In this document: positions 10,350-20,867 of the stretch, piece by piece
How positions within the stretch are numbered: position 1 is the stretch's first letter
How the letters are laid out: each line of letters opens with the position of its first letter
Assembly: GCA_963843795.1 (NCBI GenBank)
Contig: CAWJLW010000006.1
Location: 248,001-312,000, forward strand
Source of the DNA: an uncultured bacterium
GTDB taxonomy: Bacteria; Armatimonadota; Abditibacteriia; Abditibacteriales; Abditibacteriaceae
DNA length: 64,000 bases
Direction of reading: 5' to 3'
Program-made: the position numbers and the translations under genes
The notes under the pieces: generated by a model
The model's input: the letters and a program-made list of their open reading frames with translations, nothing else
Database searches by the model: none
What the model was told of the DNA's origin: nothing

Positions 10350-10592
10350 ATTCTCACTCAATAACATGAAAAGGCTTTTCTATTTTATCGCTTTCACGCC
10401 CTCGCGTCAAGCTCAAATTTCGCGCAGCGAACACAGAGCAGAGATTTTTTCGAATTTGTATTCTGCAAGTACTTGCAAAACAAAGTTCTGTTTTATTTTT
10501 ATGAGTTATCGGTGTGTTCTCTGCACAAAACTCACAATCTGCTGGCACGAAAAGCGAAGCGATTATCGAAAATTTGCACAAAAAGGTGAGAA

Positions 10593-11090
10593 ATGATGAA
10601 TGAAAAACGAGCTTTGACGCGCGCCCTTGGTTTGGGCGCTATTGCTGGAATGCGTTCCATCGCCGCGCCTGCTTTACTCAGTCGCTACGCCGCGCGCGAC
10701 AATGCGTGGCCCAACGGTTTGGATATGGCGCAAACGCCGTTTTCGGTGCTCAGTTCCAGCGTCGCGCCTCCAGTTCTGGGCGTGCTCGCAGCGGGCGAAA
10801 TGAGCGGTGATAAAATGCCCGCCGCGCCCGACCGCACCTCACCGTTAGCTCTCGCCGCACGCGCCGGTTCGGGCGCGCTTGTCGGCGGTGCGATTTTCGC
10901 CGCAGAAGATGAAAAGCCACTTAAAGGCGCGCTCATTGGCGCAGGTGTCGCGGTCGCGGCGGCGTTTTTGTCGCTGGCAATTCGTAAAAGTTTGCACAAC
11001 AACGCCCACATTCCCGATAAATTTCTGGGGTTGGGTGAAGATTTGTTAGTCGGCGTTGTCGGTGCGATGCTGTTGAAATCGTCGGATTAA
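10593..11090 (+). CDS. Membrane protein, DUF4126-like
   Basis: GAIAGMRS, GEMSGDKMP..PDR, GLGEDLL motifs; hydrophobic. Confidence 0.7.
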   Translation: MMNEKRALTRALGLGAIAGMRSIAAPALLSRYAARDNAWPNGLDMAQTPFSVLSSSVAPPVLGVLAAGEMSGDKMPAAPDRTSPLALAARAGSGALVGGAIFAAEDEKPLKGALIGAGVAVAAAFLSLAIRKSLHNNAHIPDKFLGLGEDLLVGVVGAMLLKSSD

Positions 11091-11098
11091 TCGACATC

Positions 11099-11148
11099 AA
11101 AGGCTAAAACGCGCGCTGCAAGTACTTGCAGCGCGCGTTTTAGCCTTT
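11099..11148. repeat. 50-bp perfect palindrome centred on GCAAGTACTTGC; putative bidirectional terminator
   Basis: aaaggctaaaacgcgcgctgcaagt|acttgcagcgcgcgttttagccttt between convergent genes. Confidence 0.9.
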
Positions 11149-11155
11149 ACACGAT

Positions 11156-12325
11156 TCAAGCGAACGGATCGAGCACAACTTTAATGCAATCGTCTTTCTT
11201 GTTCTTGAAAATTTCGTAACCCTTCGGCGCTTCGCTCAGCGGCAAACGATGCGTAATCAGGAAGCTGGGATCAATATCGCCATCTTCGATATGTTTGAGC
11301 AATCTGGGAAGATAGCGATGGACGTGGGTTTGTCCCATTTTGAAGTTCAAACCTTTGCCAAACGCGATGCCTAAGGGCATTTTATCCACCAGACCAAAAT
11401 ACACGCCCGCAATCGAAACATGGCCACCTTTGCGACACGCGACAATCATTTGGCGCACCGCGTTGGCGCGGTCGACCGTGAGGCGCATTCCTTGCTTGGC
11501 CCAGTCGTATAACATTCCGGGTGCGGTGCCGTGCGCTTCCATGCCAACGGCATCTAAACAACTGTCTGGCCCCATGCCGCCGGTCATTTCTTCCAGGGCG
11601 CCCAAAATTTCAACTTCATCGAAATTCAAAGTTTCTGCGCCACCGTCTCGCGCTAACTTCAAACGTTCGGGAATGTTATCAATCGCAATTACTCGCTCGG
11701 CGCCCAGCAAAAATGCGCTGCGAATCGCGAACTGTCCGACCGGGCCGCAGCCCCAAATCGCAACGGTATCGCCCGCTTCGATGCCGCAATTTTCCGCTGC
11801 TTGATAGCCAGTCGGGAAAATATCGGTCAGAAACAAAACTTGTTCATCGGTCAAATGGTCGGGAATTTTAAACGGCCCGACGTCGCCATAAGGCACGCGC
11901 GCGTACTGTGCCTGCCCACCCGCGTATCCGCCCAACAAGTGAGAATAACCGAACAGGCCCGAAGGCGAATGACCAAAAACTTTATCGGCCATCGCGGCAT
12001 TGGGATTGGAATTGTCGCACAGCGAAGTCAGATGTTTTTTGCAGAAAAAACATTCACCGCACGCGATGGTGAAAGGAATAATCACGCGCTGTCCGTGTTC
12101 CAAATCGCAACCTTTGCCGGTTTCGACGACTTCGCCCATAAACTCGTGACCAATAATATCGCCCGCTTGCATCGTCGGCACTAAGCCGTCGTAAAGATGC
12201 AAATCACTGCCGCAAATCGCCGTTGTGGTGATTTTGATCACGGCATCGCGGTCGTTGGTGATTTTTGGATCGGGCACTTCTTCAACGCGAACATCGTGCT
12301 TGCCATTCCAACAGAGGGCTTTCAT
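11156..12325 (-). CDS. Zinc-dependent alcohol/formaldehyde dehydrogenase-like (MDR family)
   Basis: ICGSDLH, GHEFMG, CGECFFC, DIFPTG, GCGPVG. Confidence 0.93.
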   Translation of the reverse strand: MKALCWNGKHDVRVEEVPDPKITNDRDAVIKITTTAICGSDLHLYDGLVPTMQAGDIIGHEFMGEVVETGKGCDLEHGQRVIIPFTIACGECFFCKKHLTSLCDNSNPNAAMADKVFGHSPSGLFGYSHLLGGYAGGQAQYARVPYGDVGPFKIPDHLTDEQVLFLTDIFPTGYQAAENCGIEAGDTVAIWGCGPVGQFAIRSAFLLGAERVIAIDNIPERLKLARDGGAETLNFDEVEILGALEEMTGGMGPDSCLDAVGMEAHGTAPGMLYDWAKQGMRLTVDRANAVRQMIVACRKGGHVSIAGVYFGLVDKMPLGIAFGKGLNFKMGQTHVHRYLPRLLKHIEDGDIDPSFLITHRLPLSEAPKGYEIFKNKKDDCIKVVLDPFA

Positions 12326-12343
12326 AATTGTTGTCCTTTGAAA

Positions 12344-13387
12344 TTATTTTTTGAGAAAATTTAGCAGCGCCGCGCGAAATTGTGTGGGCGCTTCGAGATG
12401 CGGAATGTGGCCTACATTCGGCAATTCCACCAGTTCACTGCCCGGAATATCGCGCTGCGCCGCGCGTCCCAGTTGCGGATATTGCCCCATCGTTTTCGCT
12501 ACGTCATCGGCCACCAAATTCTTGCCGACAGCGGTGCGATCCTCCTGTCCGATAATCAGCAAAGTCGGCACTTTGAGCAATGAAAATTCGTGGCGCACCG
12601 GCTGTTGCAGAATCATCTGATAAGTCAGCGCCGAGGCTTTGGCCCAGCGCGAAAATTCGCCGCTACGTGTCACAGCAATGCGTGGTAGGGCCAAAGCGTC
12701 CCAACGCGGATTTGGTTTGGCGAAATAACGCTGATAAAACGCGGTGATTTTCGCGGGTTCGTTGCCCTCCCATTCGCTTTGAGTGAGTTGCGCGGTCGTC
12801 TGCGGCGGCACTTTGAAACGATAATCTTCCAAACCAATCGGATTATCCAGCACCAATTTTTCGGTTCGCTGCGGGTAATTGCGCGCAAAACGCACCGCCA
12901 TCATTCCGCCCATCGAATGACCGACAATCGCCGCGCGTTGGATTTTCAATTCATCCAACAATTGCGCGGTGTTTTGCGCCAGCAAATCGAACGAATAGGC
13001 GAGGTCGGGCTTGCTAGAACGCCCGAAACCAATCTGGTCGGGTACAATCACGCGATAACCTTGCGCCGCCAAAAACTTCGCCGTATCGCCCCAATAATCA
13101 CCGTAGAAATTCTTTCCGTGCAACAAAACCACACTGCGATTATTGGCGTTTGCGGTGGGCGTGACATCCATAAACGCCATGCGCACTTCTTGGTTTTCGT
13201 TGGTCAAATTCAGAAAACGCAGTGGAAACGGCGGTACAAACGCTTCATTGGCGATGCCACTGACTTGCGGTGGCGCTGCAAGTACTTGCGCGGGCGTCAC
13301 GACGGAATTTTCGATATTCTGCGCATGCGCTCCGAAATTCGACAGCGCAAATGCAGAGGCGGCGATGAGAATGGAACGTGAAATCAT
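12344..13387 (-). CDS. Secreted alpha/beta hydrolase
   Basis: Signal peptide; LLHG, PDQIGFGRS, GHSMGG, GHIPHLE. Confidence 0.9.
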   Translation of the reverse strand: MISRSILIAASAFALSNFGAHAQNIENSVVTPAQVLAAPPQVSGIANEAFVPPFPLRFLNLTNENQEVRMAFMDVTPTANANNRSVVLLHGKNFYGDYWGDTAKFLAAQGYRVIVPDQIGFGRSSKPDLAYSFDLLAQNTAQLLDELKIQRAAIVGHSMGGMMAVRFARNYPQRTEKLVLDNPIGLEDYRFKVPPQTTAQLTQSEWEGNEPAKITAFYQRYFAKPNPRWDALALPRIAVTRSGEFSRWAKASALTYQMILQQPVRHEFSLLKVPTLLIIGQEDRTAVGKNLVADDVAKTMGQYPQLGRAAQRDIPGSELVELPNVGHIPHLEAPTQFRAALLNFLKK

Positions 13388-13422
13388 AGGAATTAGGGCA
13401 CTGCAAGGACTTGCAGCGCGTG

Positions 13423-14187
13423 TTATTCGCTTTCCTGGCCTGAAGGCTGTCCTTTGGTGGTGGGAATTTCGCCGGCTTCCATCAGGCTTTTGAACCGGCG
13501 CAAATCTTCGTCGATTTGCAGTTGTGGCTCCTCGCCCATTAATTTGGCAACCGTTGCGCCCAGAGCGCCGCCGGGAACTTTGTATTCCAGAGTGACTTTG
13601 ATTTGTGTGCCGCGCCCACCAACGGCGGGCACGAAGCGCACGCTGCCCGAATTAGGCACGCTGGCATCGGGCGCGCTGCGCCATGCGATGAGTTGATTCG
13701 GATTGTCGCGTTCGATGTGCGCTTGCCAGGAAACGGTTTGTCCCAATGGCGCTTTGGCAGTCCATTTGGAATGCGTGTCGTCGATGATTTCGACGCTTTC
13801 CAGATGTTGCATTACGGTTGGCAAGCGGGAAAAATCGCGCCAAAACTCGTAAAGTTTTTCGGCGGGCGCATCAATGGTCACGCTTTTGGTGACCAAAATT
13901 CCGCCGTGTCCGGGCGCAGCTTCTTTAATCGGCGCGCGCGATGAAACGCCATCGGGCAGGGCAGTTTTTTTGGCTTCGATGTTCTCATCTTTGATGTTCT
14001 CATCTTTTTGCGTCGCAGCGCGCACCGGACAATGGCCGGTCAAGCCCCGCGCAATAAGTCCGCTGCCAGCCGCTGAAATCGCTATGCCACTGCGTGAACG
14101 CAGCGCAAGGCCATACGCTGTCAAAGCACCGCCGGTAACAATCGAGGCCACGCGCTCGGCTTTGCCGACATTTTTGGTCAAGTCCAT
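13423..14187 (-). CDS. SRPBCC/cyclase family protein with N-terminal DUF2892-like membrane domain
   Basis: NVGKAER...GHCP N-terminus; YEFWRDFSRLP, DLRRFKSLMEAGEIPT. Confidence 0.88.
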   Translation of the reverse strand: MDLTKNVGKAERVASIVTGGALTAYGLALRSRSGIAISAAGSGLIARGLTGHCPVRAATQKDENIKDENIEAKKTALPDGVSSRAPIKEAAPGHGGILVTKSVTIDAPAEKLYEFWRDFSRLPTVMQHLESVEIIDDTHSKWTAKAPLGQTVSWQAHIERDNPNQLIAWRSAPDASVPNSGSVRFVPAVGGRGTQIKVTLEYKVPGGALGATVAKLMGEEPQLQIDEDLRRFKSLMEAGEIPTTKGQPSGQESE

Positions 14188-14244
14188 AATGTTTCCGCTC
14201 CTTTTGCTTCAATTGTCGACACGGTTTGCAAAAATGAAACCGAT

Positions 14245-14294
14245 AACAACAAGAAATGGCCCTGCAAGTACTTGCAGGGCCATTTCTTGTTGTT
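14245..14294. repeat. 50-bp perfect palindrome centred on GCAAGTACTTGC, downstream of htrA-like gene
   Basis: aacaacaagaaatggccctgcaagt|acttgcagggccatttcttgttgtt. Confidence 0.9.
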
Positions 14295-14338
14295 TTATTC
14301 GATTGTTATAAACCGATCTCAAAGTTCATTTTTCATCG

Positions 14339-15520
14339 TCACACACCCTGCACTTGTGGCGGGCGACGACTGGCTTGCAGCGTGAATGTTTGTGTGCGTC
14401 CATTTTGCCATACGTCCAACGTCACGGTGTCGCCGGGCTTTACGTCCGAAGCCAAATTGCGCAATTGTCCGGGTGAATCAATGGTTTGCCCATTCACCTT
14501 CAAAATCACGTCACCGCCCGTGCGCGACCATGGCAAACGACTGGCGGGGCCATTGGTATAAAGGCCGGTCACGTTCACACCGCGCGCGCTGTCCAGTCCC
14601 AGAACTTTGGCTTCGTCTTCGGTTATAGGTTGCACGACCATACCCAGCCAACCCCGCGAAACTCGTCCGCTGTTCGCCAGTTGGCTGGCAATTTTGCGCG
14701 ATAAATTCGACGGAATCGCCAGGCCAATGCCCTGATTGCCACCGCTTTCGCTGAGAATCGCGGTATTGATGCCAATTAAGTTGCCGTCGATATCAACTAA
14801 AGCACCGCCCGAATTGCCGGGATTGATCGCGGCGTCGGTTTGCAAAAAATCTTCGTAGGAAGAAATTCCCAGATCGCGCCGTCCTTTGCCCGAGAGAATT
14901 CCCTGCGTCACGGTCGAACTGAGATTGAAGGGGCTGCCGATAGCGAGCACGATTTCGCCGACCTGCAATTGGTCGGAGTTGGCCCACTTCAATGTCGGCA
15001 ATTTTTGGGCGTCGATTTTCAAAACTGCGACATCGGTATCGGGGTCAGTTCCCAGCAGACGCGCGGGAAAACGCCGTTTGTCCGATAGCGTGACCGTGAT
15101 TTTGCTGGCGCCTTTGATGACGTGATTATTGGTGACAATGAGGCCGCTGGTGTCAACGATAACGCCCGAACCCAGACTTTGCTCTTTGCGGTCGGGTTCG
15201 CGCATCATGCCGCCGCCACCGCCGAAGAAATCGGCGAAAGGATCGCGGAAAACGCGGCCCGGAATTGTGGTTTCCGATTGAATATTCACCACAGCAGGCG
15301 TCACTTTTTCGGCGATGTCGGCGAAAGTTGTCGAAAGTTTGGCCAGTTCATCGGCGTGGCGAATGGTGTTGCCCGCAACCGGGGTCTGCGCTTGCGCGGC
15401 GGAAAGCGGCGTTTGTTGGGCAGGCAGGTTTTGACGCACGCAGGCTCCGGCCACAAAAGCGACCGTTGCCACGCCAATCATCGGCTTCCACCAGCGCGTG
15501 GGAGAAAATTCAGTTTTCAT
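14339..15520 (-). CDS. HtrA/DegQ-family serine protease with one PDZ domain (possible lipoprotein)
   Basis: GSGVI, TNNHVI, QTDAAINPGNSGG; VAGAC lipobox-like; start uncertain. Confidence 0.92.
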   Translation of the reverse strand: MKTEFSPTRWWKPMIGVATVAFVAGACVRQNLPAQQTPLSAAQAQTPVAGNTIRHADELAKLSTTFADIAEKVTPAVVNIQSETTIPGRVFRDPFADFFGGGGGMMREPDRKEQSLGSGVIVDTSGLIVTNNHVIKGASKITVTLSDKRRFPARLLGTDPDTDVAVLKIDAQKLPTLKWANSDQLQVGEIVLAIGSPFNLSSTVTQGILSGKGRRDLGISSYEDFLQTDAAINPGNSGGALVDIDGNLIGINTAILSESGGNQGIGLAIPSNLSRKIASQLANSGRVSRGWLGMVVQPITEDEAKVLGLDSARGVNVTGLYTNGPASRLPWSRTGGDVILKVNGQTIDSPGQLRNLASDVKPGDTVTLDVWQNGRTQTFTLQASRRPPQVQGV

Positions 15521-15723
15521 AGTTTTTAGAAGTTTCCTTTGAATTTGATTGAATTTATCGAATTGCGGAACGAAATTTGAGCGGAAAGGTTGCGCTTCCG
15601 TCATCTATTACCAAACTTAAACGATGACAAACTCGTCCGCAACGTTCTGAGTGCAAAATAACTGTCAACTCTAACGCGAACGTTTCGGACGACAATTTTC
15701 AACTGAAGCGAGGAGACATTTTT

Positions 15724-16335
15724 ATGGCCCACGAACTTCCGCCGCTGCCGTATCCGTATGACGCCTTGGACAAAGCAATTGACGAACAAACTATGCAGCT
15801 GCATCACGACAAACATCACGCCGCGTATGTCAATAATCTCAACGCGGCCATCGAAAAACATCCCGAGCTGGCCAGCAAAACCGTCGAAGAACTGCTCAGC
15901 GATCTCAGCGCCGTGCCCGAAGATATTCGCGCAGCAGTCCGCAACAACGGTGGCGGCCACATGAATCACACCATGTTCTGGCAAATCATGGGGCCAAACG
16001 GCGGCGGCGCACCTTCAGGCGCTCTGGCTGAAGCCATCGACAGCGCGTTTGGCTCGTTTGACGACTTCAAAAAACAGTTTCAGGAAGCTGGTGCCAAGCA
16101 GTTTGGTAGCGGCTGGGCCTGGCTGGTTTTGAAAGGCGGCGCGCTACAAATTTCCAGCACGCCCAATCAAGATAATCCGATTAGCGAAGGCGGCAAGGCC
16201 ATTCTGGGCAACGATGTCTGGGAACACGCTTACTATCTGCGCTACCAGAATCAGCGGCCCAAATATCTAGAAACATGGTGGGATGTTGTGAATTGGGACG
16301 AAGTTTCCAAACGCTACGAAGCCGCAAATGGCTAA
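15724..16335 (+). CDS. sodA: Superoxide dismutase (Mn/Fe)
   Basis: [35 protein letters not shown]. Confidence 0.95.
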   Translation: MAHELPPLPYPYDALDKAIDEQTMQLHHDKHHAAYVNNLNAAIEKHPELASKTVEELLSDLSAVPEDIRAAVRNNGGGHMNHTMFWQIMGPNGGGAPSGALAEAIDSAFGSFDDFKKQFQEAGAKQFGSGWAWLVLKGGALQISSTPNQDNPISEGGKAILGNDVWEHAYYLRYQNQRPKYLETWWDVVNWDEVSKRYEAANG

Positions 16336-16387
16336 AGCTCTTGAAAGCTAAAGCTCTTGAAAGCTAAAGCTCTTGAAAGCTAAAGCT
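16331..16387 (+). repeat. Tandem repeat, about 3.5 x 16 bp (GCTAAAGCTCTTGAAA)
   Basis: Three exact copies plus a partial copy, starting at the sodA stop codon. Confidence 0.9.
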
Positions 16388-16577
16388 TGGAAGTCGCACC
16401 TTTTGTTGGCCGTTGGCAGTAACATGGTATAAACGTGGTGTAAGTGCTTGTGGGTTTCAGCAAGTACTTGCACCACGTTTTGTTTTTTTGTTTTATACGT
16501 GGCTACTCCCACATCATAAATTTTGAGTGTGCTTTCTATCAAAAGACTTAAACCACAGCTTTTATCTGAGGACAAAA

Positions 16578-18158
16578 ATGTTATCTCCCGCATCCGATCA
16601 TTCAGAAATGGCGACTTCTGAACATCCTGCTCAGCACAATCAGCCAGCTCCTGTGGAATTGCTGCGTGCTCTTGAAGATGTGCATTCGCATTTATCGGCT
16701 TGGCAGGTTGAAACAGCGACGCGACACGAGCAGCTTGAAGCTGAAGCCGCTCAAGCACGCGCCCAGCATCAAAGCGTGCGCAGCGAGTTGGAAAAAACGC
16801 AGAACGAGATCAACCAATTGCGCGATGATAACGTGCGCTTGGAAAACCAGTATCGTGCACAGCGTGGTGATTTGTTGGCCCAGATTGAACAGCGCGACGA
16901 CGAACTGGCGAAGCATCGCGCCGCTATCGAAAAACATCGCGAAGCGCTCAATGAACATAAAGCGCAACTCAACGTTCTCGCCGAACAATTGCAACGGCGT
17001 GAAGAGGAGATTAAACAGCGCGATGACGAAATTCAAGAGCGCAATGCAGAAATCGCCAAACGCGACCGGGAATTGCAGCAGCGCAACGAAGAAGTGCGCG
17101 ACCGCAATGATAAATTGCGTTATCAGATCGAGCGTAACCATGAATTGCACGATCAACTTTTGAAATTATATGAAGACTTGACCGCAGCCGATTTGCCAAC
17201 TCTCATTCTGCGTGTGTGCGTTAATCTGACGCACAGCGAACACGGCTTGTTTGTCGAGGCCGATGGCGATGGCACACTTTCGGAAATCGGTCTGAAAGAA
17301 ATGCCCGAAGCAATTTCCAGTTCACTGTATAATTTCACGCGCCGCGTCGCACAAAACAACGAGCCATTAATTGAAAACAACAGCAGCAAACTTCCCGATG
17401 GCTCGAATTTGGTCAATTTGGCCGCGATGCCGGTGACGTTGCACTCGGCGCTCAAAGGTGTGATTTTGGTCGCCAATAAGCGCGATGCCAATTATACAGA
17501 CGAAGACACCGAATTACTGTTAGCCATTGGCCGTCATGCGGGTTTGGCGATGGAAAACCGGCGTTTGCACTGCGAACTGGGAGCGGCGTTTGAATCGACG
17601 ATTTCGGTTCTGGCTGATGCTATTGAAGCCAAAGACGCTTATACGCGTGGCCATTGCGAAAGTGTGGCGCGTTTGGCGGTCGATGTGGCGCGACGATTGG
17701 GTTTGCCGGAAAAAACCGTCGATCAAGTGCGCTACGCGGCCTTGTTGCACGACATCGGAAAAATCGGTGTGCCAGATGGCGTGCTGTTGAAACCGGGCAA
17801 ATTATCGCCGGAAGAATTTCTGATGATACAACGCCACTCGATGATTGGTCGCGACCTGATTTCGCGCGTGCCTTCGCTCAGCAAAATCGCGCCCATTGTG
17901 CTTCATCATCACGAGCGCATTGATGGCAGCGGTTATCCCGATGGTTTGAGCGGCGAGAATATTGATCTCACCGCGCGCATTATCTGCGTGGTCGATGCGT
18001 TTGATGCGATGACGACGCCGCGCCCGTATCGCGAGCCGGTTTCGCCCGCCGAAGCGCTGGCCGAATTGAAACGTTGCCAGAACACTCACTTCGATGAAGG
18101 CGTGGTGGAAGCCATCAGCGCAATTTTGCAAGAGCGCAGCACGCCAGTGCGCGCTTAA
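16578..18158 (+). CDS. Coiled-coil + GAF + HD-GYP phosphodiesterase
   Basis: Long E/Q/R heptad region; GAF (VILVANKRDANYT..D); YTRGH, LHDIGKIG, HHERIDGSGYP. Confidence 0.92.
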   Translation: MLSPASDHSEMATSEHPAQHNQPAPVELLRALEDVHSHLSAWQVETATRHEQLEAEAAQARAQHQSVRSELEKTQNEINQLRDDNVRLENQYRAQRGDLLAQIEQRDDELAKHRAAIEKHREALNEHKAQLNVLAEQLQRREEEIKQRDDEIQERNAEIAKRDRELQQRNEEVRDRNDKLRYQIERNHELHDQLLKLYEDLTAADLPTLILRVCVNLTHSEHGLFVEADGDGTLSEIGLKEMPEAISSSLYNFTRRVAQNNEPLIENNSSKLPDGSNLVNLAAMPVTLHSALKGVILVANKRDANYTDEDTELLLAIGRHAGLAMENRRLHCELGAAFESTISVLADAIEAKDAYTRGHCESVARLAVDVARRLGLPEKTVDQVRYAALLHDIGKIGVPDGVLLKPGKLSPEEFLMIQRHSMIGRDLISRVPSLSKIAPIVLHHHERIDGSGYPDGLSGENIDLTARIICVVDAFDAMTTPRPYREPVSPAEALAELKRCQNTHFDEGVVEAISAILQERSTPVRA

Positions 18159-18296
18159 GCGCCGGTGCACACTCAAAATCGAGCGAGCAGATCAAATTTC
18201 CACTCGCCACTTCCTGAACTTGCCCCTGACCAAAACCGCCCGTGCCCAATCGTGATAAGAATTTATTTTGTTGATTTGGTTTTGGATTGAAAAATT

Positions 18297-19226
18297 ATGC
18301 CTCAATGGACTTTGTTCCGCTTGGAAACTCCGCTTGTTCAAGCTGAAATTGCCGCGCAAATTCTGCACGATTCCGGTTGCACGGGCACGCAGATCGACGA
18401 CCGCCAGATCGTGCTCGACGATAGCGAAGACGCCACTTTTGTCCCGCGCGAACTCGCCATCGTTTCCGGTTATCTCGACCCCGCCAGTAGCGCGGCTCAT
18501 GCACGCGAACAAATCGAAACCGCGTGCGAAACGCAAGGCATCGGTGCTGCTCTACATAGTGAACCGATTGACGACAGCGATTGGGCGACCAGTTGGCGCG
18601 AAAATTTTCCGCCGCTTTCGATTGGCCGCTTTCAGATTTTGCCCTCGTGGGAAGAATCGACGCCCGCTGCGAACTTGATTCCGCTGCGCCTCGATCCTGG
18701 TTTGGCTTTTGGCACTGGCCAGCATCCGACTACGCATTTGTGTTTGGAGCTTATTGGCGAATATGTGCCGAAAATTATCGAGAAACACGCTGCAAGTACC
18801 TGCAGGGCATTTGATGTGGGCTGTGGCAGCGGCATTTTGTCGATTGCTTTGGCGAAACTGGGCGCGCAAGTACTTGCCAGCGATTTGGACGAATGGTGTG
18901 TGCAGGCCAGCGAAGAAAACGCGCACGAGAACGATGTGGCAATTGAAGTCGTGCAAGCGACCGGCGCGAATTGGACGGATGAAAAATTTGATGTCGTGGT
19001 TGCCAATTTAATGAGCGACTTGCTCATTTCTCTCGCTGCGCAATTACGCGCGCGCTGCAAGCCCGCAGGTACGTGCATTCTGTCCGGCATTTCCAGCCAG
19101 CGCGTGGAAGACGTGAAAGCCGCGCTGCTGGACGCGGGCTTCCAGCTAATCGAAGCCCGCGAGCGCGCGGGCGATACGCGCGGCGACTATACCGAACACT
19201 GGTGCGCGCTGGTATTGAGCGCGTAA
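18297..19226 (+). CDS. prmA: Ribosomal protein L11 methyltransferase
   Basis: DWATSW, LDPGLAFGTGQHPTT, DVGCGSGILSI, ILSGI. Confidence 0.95.
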   Translation: MPQWTLFRLETPLVQAEIAAQILHDSGCTGTQIDDRQIVLDDSEDATFVPRELAIVSGYLDPASSAAHAREQIETACETQGIGAALHSEPIDDSDWATSWRENFPPLSIGRFQILPSWEESTPAANLIPLRLDPGLAFGTGQHPTTHLCLELIGEYVPKIIEKHAASTCRAFDVGCGSGILSIALAKLGAQVLASDLDEWCVQASEENAHENDVAIEVVQATGANWTDEKFDVVVANLMSDLLISLAAQLRARCKPAGTCILSGISSQRVEDVKAALLDAGFQLIEARERAGDTRGDYTEHWCALVLSA

Positions 19227-19338
19227 ACTTCGGAAGTTGATGTGGAAGGTGAACTTTGCCCTGCAAGTACTTGCAGGGCAACCGAAGCCTTTAATTTCAA
19301 GTTCTCACCTTACACTTTTCAAATTCTACTTTCTGCTT

Positions 19339-20151
19339 ATGACTCGCTTACTATTGTCACCATCACTGATTGAACTGGGTTTAAGCGGTCAGGAGTTCAA
19401 TTTAGATTTCGAGACCGCCAAGAAATTGACACGCGTTTTGCGTCTCACGCCGGGCGAAATGTTTGTCGCTTTCGATGGCAGCGGGCGCGAATGGGAATGT
19501 GTTTTGACGGCCACGCAAAGCGAAGATCCCAGTGGGCGGAAAAGCATCACGGCGCGCGCAGCGATTTTGAACGAGCGTGAAAACTCGGTTGTGCAGCGCG
19601 TGAAAATCGCCGTGGCTCAGGCCATTCCCAAAGGCGACAAGATGGATTTGGTGTTGCAGAAAGGGACTGAACTGGGCGTGACCGAGTTTTATCCTTTTGA
19701 AGCCGAGCGTTCGGTTTCGCGCGTGCTGTCGGTCGATGATGGCGACCGCGCGACTCTGCGCGCTGAACGCTGGCGCAAAATTGTCGCACAGGCCGCGATG
19801 CAATGCGGGCGCACCGATGTGCCGTATCTTCATGCCATCGCCGAATTTGCTACAGTGGCCGGTCAGGGAACCGCACAAGGGCGCTGTTTTTTACTGGACG
19901 AAAATCAAGGCGAAGAAGATAATTCGTTGCGCGCCGTTCTCAAGCGTGCGCCGCTTGAATTCGATGATGATGCGCCGCCGCAGGTGATGTTACTGGTTGG
20001 CCCCGAAGGCGGCTGGAGTGCGCGGGAACGCGAAGCGGCTGAGCGTTACGGTGTGGAAAGTATCGGATTGGGGGCGCGTATTTTGCGCACCGAAACCGCC
20101 GCGCTGGCCGTTGCGTCGATTTTGCAGTGGGAAGCGGGCACTTTGGGTTAA
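19339..20151 (+). CDS. rsmE: 16S rRNA m3U1498 methyltransferase
   Basis: RVLRL, KGTELGV, AAMQCGR, VGPEGG, LGARILRTETA. Confidence 0.95.
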   Translation: MTRLLLSPSLIELGLSGQEFNLDFETAKKLTRVLRLTPGEMFVAFDGSGREWECVLTATQSEDPSGRKSITARAAILNERENSVVQRVKIAVAQAIPKGDKMDLVLQKGTELGVTEFYPFEAERSVSRVLSVDDGDRATLRAERWRKIVAQAAMQCGRTDVPYLHAIAEFATVAGQGTAQGRCFLLDENQGEEDNSLRAVLKRAPLEFDDDAPPQVMLLVGPEGGWSAREREAAERYGVESIGLGARILRTETAALAVASILQWEAGTLG

Positions 20152-20357
20152 AATGGCGCAGAGCTTGAACCAAAGCGCGGAAAGCGCGAACCGGTTTGAC
20201 ACAGAGCCGGTTGAGACTTAAAATGAGTGGTCAATCCAATGCCATCAGCACCAGCCAAGCACAGGCAAACGAAGCGACGGGCAGATTGTGATAGCCGCCG
20301 TAATAAACGAAACAAGTCGCAAGAAATACAAATAGATTGTAGTTGGGGAGGCGTGTC

Positions 20358-20729
20358 GTGAAAGAATTGAAAATCGAGCAAGCAACTGCGCCGGTCGATG
20401 GCCATGACGTGCAGATTTTGCGTTTGGAAGGCTATGTGGACGCGCATACATTCACTTATTTTGAAGAAGAACTGACCAAATTAGTCGAAAGCGAACATTA
20501 TTATCTGTTGCTTGATTTGGAAAAGTTGACTTATATCAACTCGACCGGTTTGGGCTTGCTCATGGCAACGTTTCGTCAGGTGCGCCAGCATCAGGGTGAT
20601 CTGGTGATCGCGCGCATGAGCGACAAAATTACCAATATTTTCAATTTATTGGGCTTTTCGCGACTTATCCATACCTATCCAACCGAAGAAGACGCTTTGC
20701 AAAAGTTCGCGACTTCAACGGGAGAGTAA
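20358..20729 (+). CDS. STAS-domain anti-sigma factor antagonist (RsbV/SpoIIAA-like)
   Basis: LEGYVD, LLDLEKLTYINSTGLG; GGAGG SD before GTG. Confidence 0.88.
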   Translation: MKELKIEQATAPVDGHDVQILRLEGYVDAHTFTYFEEELTKLVESEHYYLLLDLEKLTYINSTGLGLLMATFRQVRQHQGDLVIARMSDKITNIFNLLGFSRLIHTYPTEEDALQKFATSTGE

Positions 20730-20867
20730 TTCGCTGGCACTAAATCGATTTGCACAAATTCATCTTAAGCGAAATCGATGGGCGAGAAGTTGGTTTGCGA
20801 GCAAGAGTTGGTTAGCGGCTGTAGCAGATGCGAGATGAGATTTTTATGAGGTGAAATTCCGGCGCGT

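Noticed and set aside
19237..19338. N-terminal ORF extensions containing LQVLA/ASTC/KYL (also ORF-track starts 2322, 24438, 25174, 29795, 50378)
   Set aside because: These are stop-free reads through intergenic palindromes; family homology or signal peptides begin at downstream ATGs.
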